From Eledone cirrhosa (lineage: Eukaryota), in NCBI GenBank assembly GCA_964016885.1, contig OZ024766.1:21824001-21888000 (forward strand): a DNA stretch of 64,000 bases. Reading direction: 5' to 3'. This document shows, one piece after another, positions 53,850 to 64,000 of the stretch. The notes beneath the pieces were generated by a model that saw only the letters and a list, made by a program, of their open reading frames with translations, was not told where the DNA came from and searched no databases. The number at the start of each line of letters is the position of its first letter. Positions within the stretch are counted from its first letter, which is position 1. Both the position numbers and the translations under genes were made by a program.

Positions 53850-55815
53850 ATATATATAAAGTATATATATATATATAAAGTATATATATATATATATAAA
53901 GTATATATATATATATATATAAAGTATATATATAAATATATGTGTATATATATATATATATATGCATATATATATGTGTATATATACATACATACATTAT
54001 ACATACTAGACAAGATAATACACCTACACATCTGATATAAGAGTACGGACAGGCTATGTAGCCGGTAAAACCAAAAGGGGTGCAACACACATATTGCTAT
54101 AGTGTTTCACCAGCTCTTCCTCAATCATTCATAGATGTGAGTGTATATAATAATTATTTTGTATAATGTGTCTATTTATAAATATGTATGAGTAGATGTG
54201 TGTATAACTCAGTAGATGTGTGTATAACTCAGTAGATGTGTGTGTAACTCAGTAGATGTGTGTATAACTCTGTAGATGTGTGTATAACTCTGTAGATGTG
54301 TGTGTAACTCCGTAGATGTGTGTGTAACTCAGTAGATGTGTGTGTGTAACTCATGTGTGTAACTCAGTAGATGTGTGTGTAACTCAGATGTGTGGGTAAC
54401 TCAGATGTGTGTGTAACTCAGTAGATGTATGTATAACTCAGTAGATGTATGTATAACTCTGTAGATGTGTGTGTAACTCTGTAGATGTGTGTGTAACTCT
54501 GTAGATGTGTGTGTAACTCAGTAGATGTGTGTGTCACTCAGTAGATGTGTGTGTCACTCAAATAATTGTCCCCCACCCTTACTTTGGTCTGAAATAATTG
54601 TCCCCCACCCTCACATTTTGTCTCAAATAATTGTCCCCCACCCTCACTTTGGTCTCAAATAATTTTCCCCCACCCTCACTCATTTAATTATCAGACTTTT
54701 TACACCACCACCCCACTCTTAATTCACTCCACCCATTTAAAATAAATAGCATGGGTTGGGGTCTCATTATGTAAACTAAATGACTAATTCTGGTTTTCTA
54801 TCTCTGGTGAAATTTATATGTATATATATATATAAATATCTATACATATGTATACGTATATAAATATCTAGACATATGTATATATATATATATATGTATA
54901 TATATATGTATGTATATGAGCTCTTAAGACCATTAAAATAACCTCTCTAGTGCCAAAAACTATACACCCAGTCCTTGCTGTAAAGTGGTTGATGAGTGGA
55001 AAGGCAACCAAACAAAAGAAATAAAATAGCGCTAAAATTATGGAAAGCCCTACGAATAAAAATTCCCACTAATTGTGTCTACAAGCCTAACACAAGTCAT
55101 GTTATTGGGGTGCCTAGGGTAGCCATGTGTGAGAATCCTTTGACTGTTACCAAGCAATTACACAACACTTTTCCCCTTCCAGGTAGAAAGAACTGTTACT
55201 CAAGGAACTGTCAAGTTACACATCTCAGGTCTCAGACAATTACCATGTTAGAATGTCATATAAGAATGAAGTTCTTGAGTAAAGGCTATAGAGCAGACCT
55301 CCCAAGAGTTAGAAGAATATAGTTTATAGAGCATCGTGGAATATCACTGCTTACATTGGAGAGAATAACTCTGGACAGGAAAGTTGATATCTACAGTTTA
55401 TCAACATAGAAATATAAAATTTCCAATGTTAAATCTATCTCTGTTTCTAAAGTATTCTCTATTATCTCATACTGTTTTTTTCTTATTTCAGAATATCAGA
55501 TGACATTGGGATAAAATTATTTTTTAATCTTGAATACATCCCCTCTATTTATCATCATTTCAAGACTAAAGCTTTTTCATACGGAACTCATATAACACTG
55601 TTTATATAAATCTATGGCAGAATTTGTGTGAAATATTTCCTCAGAACTGTGTGTTTTGGAAAAATTCTTGGAAAACTATTGTTTAATCAGCATCATCTTC
55701 AGATCTTGACTGAGATCAGTTGCTGGAAATATAGCAGAAGAAATATCTTCAGGAATATAATATATAAAATTAGACAAGAATAACATCTGTAAATTCTGCC
55801 AAGGGAAGAAGAAAC

Positions 55816-57513
55816 ATGGAAACTAAATTGAGTGAGAAGAAGATTAAATGTGAAACATTGTCTAAAGATATGGCTATTCCAGAAGAGATGTCAAATTCTA
55901 GAGGAGAGAAACCATATCACTGTGATGTCTGTGGTAAATCATTCTCTGTTAGTAGTACCTTAACTACCCACAAACATATACATACAGGAGACAAGCCATA
56001 CCACTGCGATATCTGTGGTAAATCATTCTCTCAAAGTGGTCACTTAACTCCACACAAACATACCCATACAGGAGACAGGCCATACCACTGCGATATCTGT
56101 GGTAAATCATTCTCTGTTAGTAATAGCTTAACTAGACACAAACGTATACATACAGGTGAGAAGCCATACCACTGTGATATCTGTGGTAAATCATTCTCTG
56201 ATAGTAGTACCTTAACTGGCCACAAACTTACACATACAGGTGAGAAACCATACCGCTGCGATATTTGTGCGGACTCATTCTCTGATAGTAGAACATTAGC
56301 TAATCACAGACGTTTACATACAGGAGACAAGCCATACCACTGTGATATCTGTGGTAAATCATTCTTTACAAGTAGTAACTTAACTATACACAAACGTATA
56401 CATACAGGAGACAAACCATATCACTGCGATATCTGTGATAAATCATTCTATCAAAGTAGTCACTTAACTTCCCACAAACGTACACATACAGGACACAAGC
56501 CATACCACTGCAACATCTGTGGTAAATCATTCTATGTTTGTAGTACCTTAACTAGACACAAACGTTCCCATACAGGTGAGAAACCATACCGCTGCGATAT
56601 CTGTGGGGACTCATTCTCTGAAAGTAGTACATTAGCTAATCACAAACGTTTACATACAGGAGACAAGCCATACCACTGTGATATCTGTGGTAAATCATTC
56701 TCTCATAGTGGTCAGTTAACTCCACACAAACGTATACATACAGGAGACAAACCATATCACTGTGATATCTGTGGTAAATCTTTCTCTCAAAGTGGTGCCT
56801 TAACCAGCCACAAACGTACCCATACATATGAGAAACCATACCACTGTGATATTTGTGGGCAATCATTCTCTGAAAGTAGTCACTTGACTAGTCACAAACG
56901 TATACATACAGGAGACAAGCCATACCACTGTGATATCTGTGGGGAAGCATTCTCTCGTAGTGGTAATTTAACTTCCCACAAACGTATACATACTGGTGAC
57001 AAGCCATACCACTGTGATATCTGTGGTAAATCATTCTCTGGTAGTAGTGCCGTAACTAGACACAAAGTTATACATACTGGAGACCAGCCATATCACTGTG
57101 ACGTCTGTGGTAAATCATTCTCTCGAAGTAGTACCTTAACTAGTCACAAACGTACACATACAGGAGACACGTCATACCACTGTGATATCTGTGGTAAATC
57201 CTTCTCTGGAAGTGGTACCTTAACTAAACACTTACGTACCCATACAGGAGACAAGCCATACCGCTGTGATATCTGTGGTAAATCATTCTTTACAAGTAGT
57301 GACTTAAATAGCCACATACGTATACATACAGGTGAGAAGCCATATCTCTGTGATATCTGTGGTAAATCATTCTCTCAAAGTGGTACCTTAATTAAACACT
57401 TACGTACCCATACAGGAGCCAAGCCATACCACTGTGATATCTGTGGTAAATTATTCTCTGAATCAAGTAATTTAACTAAACACAAATATACCCATACAGG
57501 TGAGAAGCCATAG
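55816..57513 (+). CDS. C2H2 zinc-finger protein, 19 tandem fingers, no KRAB domain (ZNF-B)
   Basis: 565-aa ORF with almost the same leader ([16 protein letters not shown]) plus 19 fingers; candidate upstream acceptor ttatttcag ending at 55491. Confidence 0.93.
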   Translation: METKLSEKKIKCETLSKDMAIPEEMSNSRGEKPYHCDVCGKSFSVSSTLTTHKHIHTGDKPYHCDICGKSFSQSGHLTPHKHTHTGDRPYHCDICGKSFSVSNSLTRHKRIHTGEKPYHCDICGKSFSDSSTLTGHKLTHTGEKPYRCDICADSFSDSRTLANHRRLHTGDKPYHCDICGKSFFTSSNLTIHKRIHTGDKPYHCDICDKSFYQSSHLTSHKRTHTGHKPYHCNICGKSFYVCSTLTRHKRSHTGEKPYRCDICGDSFSESSTLANHKRLHTGDKPYHCDICGKSFSHSGQLTPHKRIHTGDKPYHCDICGKSFSQSGALTSHKRTHTYEKPYHCDICGQSFSESSHLTSHKRIHTGDKPYHCDICGEAFSRSGNLTSHKRIHTGDKPYHCDICGKSFSGSSAVTRHKVIHTGDQPYHCDVCGKSFSRSSTLTSHKRTHTGDTSYHCDICGKSFSGSGTLTKHLRTHTGDKPYRCDICGKSFFTSSDLNSHIRIHTGEKPYLCDICGKSFSQSGTLIKHLRTHTGAKPYHCDICGKLFSESSNLTKHKYTHTGEKP

Positions 57514-58977
57514 CTCTGAGATATTCTCTGTATCAAGTAGTTTAACTAAACACATATAGGTGAGAAACCATATCAATGTCATATCTCATTGTCTGAAAAT
57601 GGTGAATTAAACACATACATTCATATGAGAAGGCATGCCACTGTTCTATTCTCTTTCATTGCTACATACAAACATTTATATACAGGAGAGAAACCATATC
57701 ACTGTGATATCTGTGGGAAATCATTCTCTGAGATAACTCACTTCATTTGGCACTAACGTTTACAGGAGAGGAACTATACCACTGTGATGTCTGCAGTAAA
57801 TCATTCTCTAAATGTTGTGGCTTCACTACACACTAACATATACAGTAAAGGAACTATATCACTGTGATGTCTGGTAAATCATTCTTTAAATATTGTGGCT
57901 TCACTAGACACTAACATATACAGGAGAGGAACTGTGATGTCTGTGGTAAATCATTCTCTTGTAAAGATTACTTAACGCAACACAATCTGAGAAGATTAAA
58001 ACCATATCATTCACCGAAAATAGTGCCACTAATGTTGTTAATATTTTGAATAAAACTGTTTTACTAAGAAATTCTTCTCCTTTCATTTTATTTGTAGAAG
58101 TTGTAACCAAGACTTGTGCTGACAAATCTGTAGCGTTCAGAATTTACATACGCTATATATATGTGAATGTATGTGTGTAGGTATTTGTGTCCCCTTTTGT
58201 TTGTTGCATATGTAGTGGATAAATGTATTCTTTTGTGTATGAATGATAAAAAGAATAATGCCAGAATTGTGATGTTGACAATGTTTATTTTACAATAACA
58301 ATATTAACTTCTTGCTACATTGAATATCAAGTAATAAAAATGGGACAGGAATTATCACTACATCAATTTGTTGACTAGCTACTTCGAGCTAGCGTGCATG
58401 TATGTATCAATACAACGACACAAGAGAAGTGATTCAACAGAAAGACAAAAGAATAGATAAAACACAGAAGTAAACAGTATAATGAAACCTATTGAGTGTG
58501 TGTGTATCCTTACTATTTGTTATTCCTCACAAGGACTGCTGCTTTGGTCTCTCTTGTTTGGTGGCGTAGTCTGTGGCCAAGAAGGTGAGAGCCAGTAAGG
58601 CCAGGAGAGAGATAGAGTAAAAGGTCAGTAGAAGTCTGTAGACCCCAAGAGGTCTGTAGAACGTGAATGTTTCACATCATTATTCTCTCAAGCACTGCTG
58701 CTTCGTGGTCTGGCTTCTGGATTCCCTTTGTACTTGTATTTATAATAACCGTATAGCTAGAAGGATGTGTATAAGGGGTTGATTTATGAATAGCCATGTG
58801 AGTTTCATCTATCATGAAGCTGGGGTCACAGGTCAAGTGGCATGTATGTTCATCATTGTTGTCTCGTGACAGGACAATGGTGGGAAACTCGCAACGATAG
58901 GTGGTCCCAGATGCGAGAACTCTTAGATTCGGTTTTGAATCTTCGCCAGGTAATTTATAGGAGAATTCCGTTTACAC

Positions 58978-59155
58978 ACATATTAATGACATAGATGGCA
59001 ACTTAAAGTATGTCACAGTACTGAAATATGCAGATGACATCAAGCTGTCCCTTGAGATAAAAAGGACAGATCCTGAACTCTATAGATCTGGACACAATGG
59101 ACCATGGACTGGCAACTCAAACTGGCTGTGTACAAGTGTACGACCATGCATTTAT
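58978..59155 (+). mobile_element. CR1/L2-type RT remnant
   Basis: INDIDGNLKYVTVLKYADDIKLSLEIK containing the YADD motif. Confidence 0.6.
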
Positions 59156-59159
59156 CTAT

Positions 59160-59795
59160 CTATTTAAAGCTGTATATAGCTATGGTGTGGCCAGACTTAG
59201 AATTTGCATGACCTGTCTGGAACCCCTATCTTGCTCAGAACATTGACCTCCTGGAAATTGTTTAGAGACATGCAACCAAGTGAATACCCTCCATCAAGCA
59301 TCTACCATACTCTGAATGCCTTGCCTCCCTGGGTATGGATACATTGAAGGTCCGACGTCTGGAACTTGCTACTTATTACACCTGAGCATCGGCCACTTAT
59401 AAAATCTACTTTCTTAGATAGCTGGCCTGTGTTCCCAGTACGTCTGTTATGTACCCATAGTTTGTATTTGGGACATAAAATGGAATTTCTACCTACTCCT
59501 TTCCTACACACTGAAGATGGCCATTTCCCAGAGGGCACCTGTGCCCTATTTTCCTTCCTACAAACTAGAACTTTAGTCTTAGACAAGTTAACTTTACGGC
59601 CTTTTGATTCTAGGCCATGCTTCCATGTTTGGAATTTCTGATCTAGTTCAGCTGTTAGATCATCTGCGTATAGAAGTTCCCATGGGCAGCCTGTCTTAAA
59701 CTCCTCTCTTTTAGCCTGAAGGGCAATAATAAATAGGAAGGGGCTAAGAACACCAACTTTTAAACTAAATTCTTCACTGTGTTCATTGGTAATTC
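59160..59795 (-). mobile_element. Decayed RTE LINE fragment (mirror at 62307-62562)
   Basis: PWELLYADD..KVNLSKTKVL..CRKGVGRNSILC. Confidence 0.75.
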
Positions 59796-59991
59796 TATAT
59801 ATATATATATATACAAATTTATGTGTATATATATATATATATACACATATTTATGTGTATATATATATATTTACTACACCACATTCTTCGTCTAAGTATA
59901 ATTTGTAATGTTATTTACAAAACTAAGAATAAAATAATTCTTGAGATATTCACTGCGAACCTGTACTTTCTCTATATCTTTTTCGGACCTG

Positions 59992-60039
<48 letters not shown>

Positions 60040-60042
<3 letters not shown>

Positions 60043-61226
60043 AAGGGCCTCAAAGTCAACATGACAAAGACTAAGGTCCTTATAAGTAGACGAGAAAACA
60101 GAACCCAGATCCCCTCAGGGAAATGGCCTTGCTCAGTATGTAGGAAAGGTGTAGGTAGGAACTCCATTCTTTGCCCCAAATGCAAACAATGGGTACACAA
60201 GAGATGTAGCGGGATCTCAGGAAGCTTAATTAAGAATGTAGGATTCACATGCAGCAGCTGTGCTGAAACAGCAAGCAAACAGCCACAGGAAACAAGTACC
60301 ACCAATCTCTGGGAGGGCCCTGTAGAAACAGTAGACAGCTTCTGCTACCTAGGTGACCGAATTAGCAACGGAGGTGGGTGCTCAGAAAGTACAATAACTA
60401 GGGTAAGAACGGGATGGAAGAAGTTTAGGGAACTACTACCACTGCTAGCTGCAAAAGGCTTCTCCCTCAGAATGAAAGGCAGACTGTATGATGCGTGTAT
60501 CCGAACAGCGATGTTGCATGGTAGTGAGACCTGGGCGCTGAAGGTGGAAGACTTACGTAGATTAGAGAGAAACGAAGCCTGCATGCTCCGATGGATGTGT
60601 AACAGTAATATACGTGAACGACAAAGCATAAATGAATTGAGAGAGAGACTGAGCATAAGAGGAATCAAATGCTGCGTGCAGGAGAGGCGGTTACGCTGGT
60701 ATGGACATGTGATGCGTATGAAGGATGACAGCTGCATAAAAAGGTGCAGAGCACTAGAAGTTGATGGAAACCGCGGAGTGGGGAGACCCAAGATGACTTG
60801 GGATGAGGTGATAAAAGCCGACCTTACCCAACTACACCTCTCAAAGTCAATGACACACGACCGTGACTTCTGGCGTCACGCAGTAATACAGGGTACCCGA
60901 CCTCCCATGGGTACATGCTGAAGCATATAAACAATATGCCCCCCCCCCCCCCCACCGCAAGGTGGTCGTGGAGGTGCCACGGCAAAAAAGCACCCAGCCC
61001 ACACTGTAAAGTGGACGTGTAGGCGCCACGAAAAAGCACCCAGCACTCACTGTAAATGAGGTTGGTGTTAGGAAGGGCATCCAGCTGTAGAAATCAAGCC
61101 AGATCAGTTCCTGTATGAGCAAGGCATGGTCAGCCGACCAGACACTGCCCACAACAGGACAACCCGTCTAACCCATGCTAGCGTGGAAGAACGGACGTAA
61201 AACGGTGATGATGATGATGATGATGA
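60040..61226 (+). mobile_element. 5'-truncated RTE-clade LINE with an open 3' ORF and SINE-type tail
   Basis: Open frame to 60921: GLKVNMTKTK..CSVC..C..C..WVHKRC..FCYLGD..LHGSETW..RRLRWYGHVMRM..GRPKMTW; tail ends (GAT)n; sits inside a (TA)n tract. Confidence 0.9.
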
Positions 61227-61239
61227 TATAATATATATA

Positions 61240-61900
61240 GGCATACGTCAAGACGGGCGGTCAGAAAAGTGAAAGTAAATTTATTTTCATTTTCGTGTGT
61301 GTGTTTAGATCTAAATTAGTGTCGTTTTAACTGATTATATATATATATGTATATGTGTGTGTGTGTGTAGTTGACGGTTGTGAGAAGAGTACTCAATACC
61401 GAAGTAATCTTGTAATGAGGCTTGCAGAATGGTGAGTCCGCCATTCTGGATGCTGCTGCCTTGCAGAAGTCCCAAATCGAAGCTCTGACACTCTCGTCCC
61501 CATCATTCAGCAGGGATTTTGCCAGGCAGCCGCATCATCTCCGATGGTTGGGCTTCCTATTTGGAAATTGAAGGTGGGATTTACGTTCATGATGTTGTGG
61601 TGCACGAACGGAACTTTGTAGATCCTGCAGACCTTGATGTGCACACACAGCTCCTAGAGAGCACATGGAGCCGTGCAAAGAAGAAGCTTCGTCGCCAGCA
61701 TGTGCAAGCCTCATTATAAGAATACTTCGGTATTGAGTACTCTTCTGTCAACCGTCATGCCACGGAATTTGGCTCTCAGAAATGAAAGAAGAATTTAACG
61801 TCATTCGTCAACCTTCGTTTATTTCCGTATCACCACGCGTTTATTTCCGTATCACCACGCGTTTATTTCCGTATCACCACGCGTTTATTTACGTTAGCGT
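61240..61900 (+). mobile_element. Merlin (IS1595/ISXO2-like DDE) DNA transposon remnant
   Basis: 61466-61700 translates EVPNRSSDTLVPIIQQ/(frameshift)ILPGSRIISDGWASY..HDVVVHERNFVDP..VHTQLLESTWSRAKKKLR; probable terminus GGCATACGTCAAGAC at 61240; 22-bp repeats x3 at 61817-61890. Confidence 0.75.
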
Positions 61901-63479
61901 AGTAATCGATGAAAATATATTTATTTCGCACTGTATATCAAATTAGAAAACAAGTCAGCGTAATCGATTTGTTCCCCACCACCACCATGTGTAAATAAAT
62001 AAACTTGGAAATCACCACGTTGTACACGTATTTGCAACTTGAAAAATATGAATTCTACATTATACTCCAGCGTAAATGGAATTAATTATGGCAATATTTC
62101 CATGGCTTCTACTACTACAGCAGATACCATTAATTGGTTGAAAAAACATGGACTTAATCCTGTCCATTGGCAGTATCGGCAGAGGGTCGGACACAATGGT
62201 TTGACGCATAGAGTTACGTCCCTTTATGATCTGAGTTCAAATCCCGCCGAGGTTAACATTGTCTTTCATCCTTACTAGGTCGATAAAATAAAGTACCAGT
62301 AATGTACTAACAGCTGAACTAGATAAGAAATTCCAAACATGGAAGCATGGCCTAGAATCAAAAGGCCGTAAAGTTAACTTGTCTAATACTAAAGTTCTAG
62401 TTTGTAGGAAGGAAAATAGGGCACGGGTGCCCTCTGGGAAATGGCCATGTTCAGTGTGTAGGAAAGGAGTAGGTAGAAATTCCATTTTATGTCCCAAATA
62501 CAAACTATGGGTACATAACAGACGTACTGGGAACACAGGCAAGCTATCTAAGAACGTAGATTGTACACAACCAGCTTGAGTTGCCAGTTCGTGGTCCATT
62601 GCTGCTTTGTGTCCAGATCTATAGAGTTCAGGATCTGTCCTTTTTATCTCAAGGAACAGCTTGATGTCATCTGCATATTTAAGTTGCCATCTATGTCAAT
62701 AATATGTGTGTAAACGGAATTCTCCTATAAATTACTTGGCAAAGATTTGAAACCGAATCTAAGAGTTCTGGCATCTGGGACCACCTATCGTTGCGAGTTT
62801 CCCACCATTGTCCTGTCAAGAGACAACAATGGTAAACATACATGCCACTTGACCTGTAACCCCAGCTTCAAGATAGCTGAACCTCACATGGCTACTCATA
62901 AATCAATCCCGTATACACATCCTTCTAGTTATAGGGTTAATATAAATACAAGTACAAAGGGAATCCAGCAGCCAAACCACGAAGCAGCAGTCCTTCAGAG
63001 AATAATGATGTGAAACATTCACGTTCTACAGACCTCTTGGGGTCTACAGACTTCTACTGACGTCTACGGACCTTTTACTCTATCTCTCTCACCGTCTCAG
63101 CCACAGTCTACGCCACCAGAAAAGAGAGACCGAAGCAGCAGTCGTTGAGAGGAATAACAAATACTAAGGATACACACACACTCAGTAGCTTTCATTATAC
63201 TGTTTACTTCTGTGTTTTATCTATTCTTTTGTCTTTCTGTTGAATCACTTCTCGTGTATCGTTGTATTGATACATACATACACGCTAGCTCGAAGTAGCT
63301 AGTCAGCAAATTGATGTAGTGATAATTCCTGTCACAAATTTTTATTACTTGATATTCAATGTAGCAACAAGTTAATATTGTTATTGTAAAATAAACATTG
63401 TCAACATCACAATTCTGGCATTATTCTTTTTATCATTCATACACAAAAGAATACATTTATCCACTACATATGCAACAAA

Positions 63480-64000
63480 CAAAAGGGGTCCAAATTTCTA
63501 CACACATACATTCACATATATATAGCGTATGTAAATTCTGAACGCTACAGATTTGTCAGCACAAGTCTTGGTTACAACTTCTACAAATAAAATGAAAGGA
63601 GAAGAATTTCTTAGTAAAACAGTTTTATTCAAAATATTAACAACATTGGTGGCACTATTTTGGGTGAGTGATATGGTTTTTATCTTGTCTGATTGTGTTG
63701 CATTAAGTAACCTTTACAAGAGAATGATTAACCACAGATATCACAGTGATATAGTTCCTCTCCTGTATATGTTAGTGTGTAGTGAAGCCACAATATTTAG
63801 AGAATGATTTACTGCAGACATCACAGTGATATGGTTCCTCTCCTGTAAATGTTAGTGCCAAATGAAGTGAGTTATTTCAGAAAATGATTTCCCACAGATA
63901 TCACAGTGATATGGTTTCTCTCCTGTATGTATATGTTTGTGTCTAGTTGAACAAGCTTTCATGGATAACAATTTATCACAAATATTACAGTGATGTGGCT
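63480..64000 (-). other. 3' flank and decayed fingers of a third ZNF paralog (ZNF-C) whose CDS would lie right of the window
   Basis: Direct copy of ~48515-49050 (ZNF-A downstream region with degenerate [13 protein letters not shown] units) and inverted copy of ~57670-58190. Confidence 0.75.

Larger units (their letters stand above)
48510..58192. repeat. Large inverted duplication (head-to-head ZNF-A/ZNF-B palindrome)
   Basis: 48510-52862 is the reverse complement of 53010-58192 across 3' flank, CDS, intron, minisatellite and promoter (e.g. 52561-52700 vs 53460-53610). Confidence 0.92.
57670..64000. repeat. Second inverted duplication (tail-to-tail ZNF-B/ZNF-C)
   Basis: 57670-59658 is the reverse complement of 62307-~63940; the right arm lacks ~59135-59403; spacer 59659-62306. 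Confidence 0.9.

Noticed and set aside
58260-58950. Possible LTR-like segment downstream of ZNF-B (mirror ~62740-63420)
   Set aside because: No pair of direct repeats, primer-binding site or gag/pol similarity that I can support.

Overview
Eukaryotic, AT- and microsatellite-rich animal DNA. The SINE families and KRAB-less tandem C2H2 genes look coleoid cephalopod (octopus-like); this taxonomy is inference. Content: (1) the last 8 exons of a plus-strand PLP-dependent class-V aminotransferase/cysteine-desulfurase-like gene (872-11384), ending in a GC-rich exon with a His-rich tail; (2) a 17-exon CPSF3 (CPSF73) gene on the minus strand (45644->17612, ~695 aa) with an apparent 1-nt deletion in exon 3 and a broken duplicate of part of exon 10; (3) the start of a C2H2 zinc-finger cluster built by inverted duplications: ZNF-A (-, 13 fingers), ZNF-B (+, 19 fingers) and the 3' flank of a third copy (-). 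A 50-bp hairpin made from a probable Merlin transposon end lies on the symmetry axis of the ZNF-A/ZNF-B palindrome, and the same end recurs in the second inversion spacer. Most introns carry minisatellites, many visibly amplified from inside SINEs or MITEs. Also present: RTE, Tx1/L1, R4-like, CR1, Helitron and Merlin fragments, and Penelope-like remnants with decayed hammerhead-ribozyme motifs. Most ORFs in the track are repeat artefacts. Exon boundaries were read by hand; repeat boundaries and copy counts are approximate.
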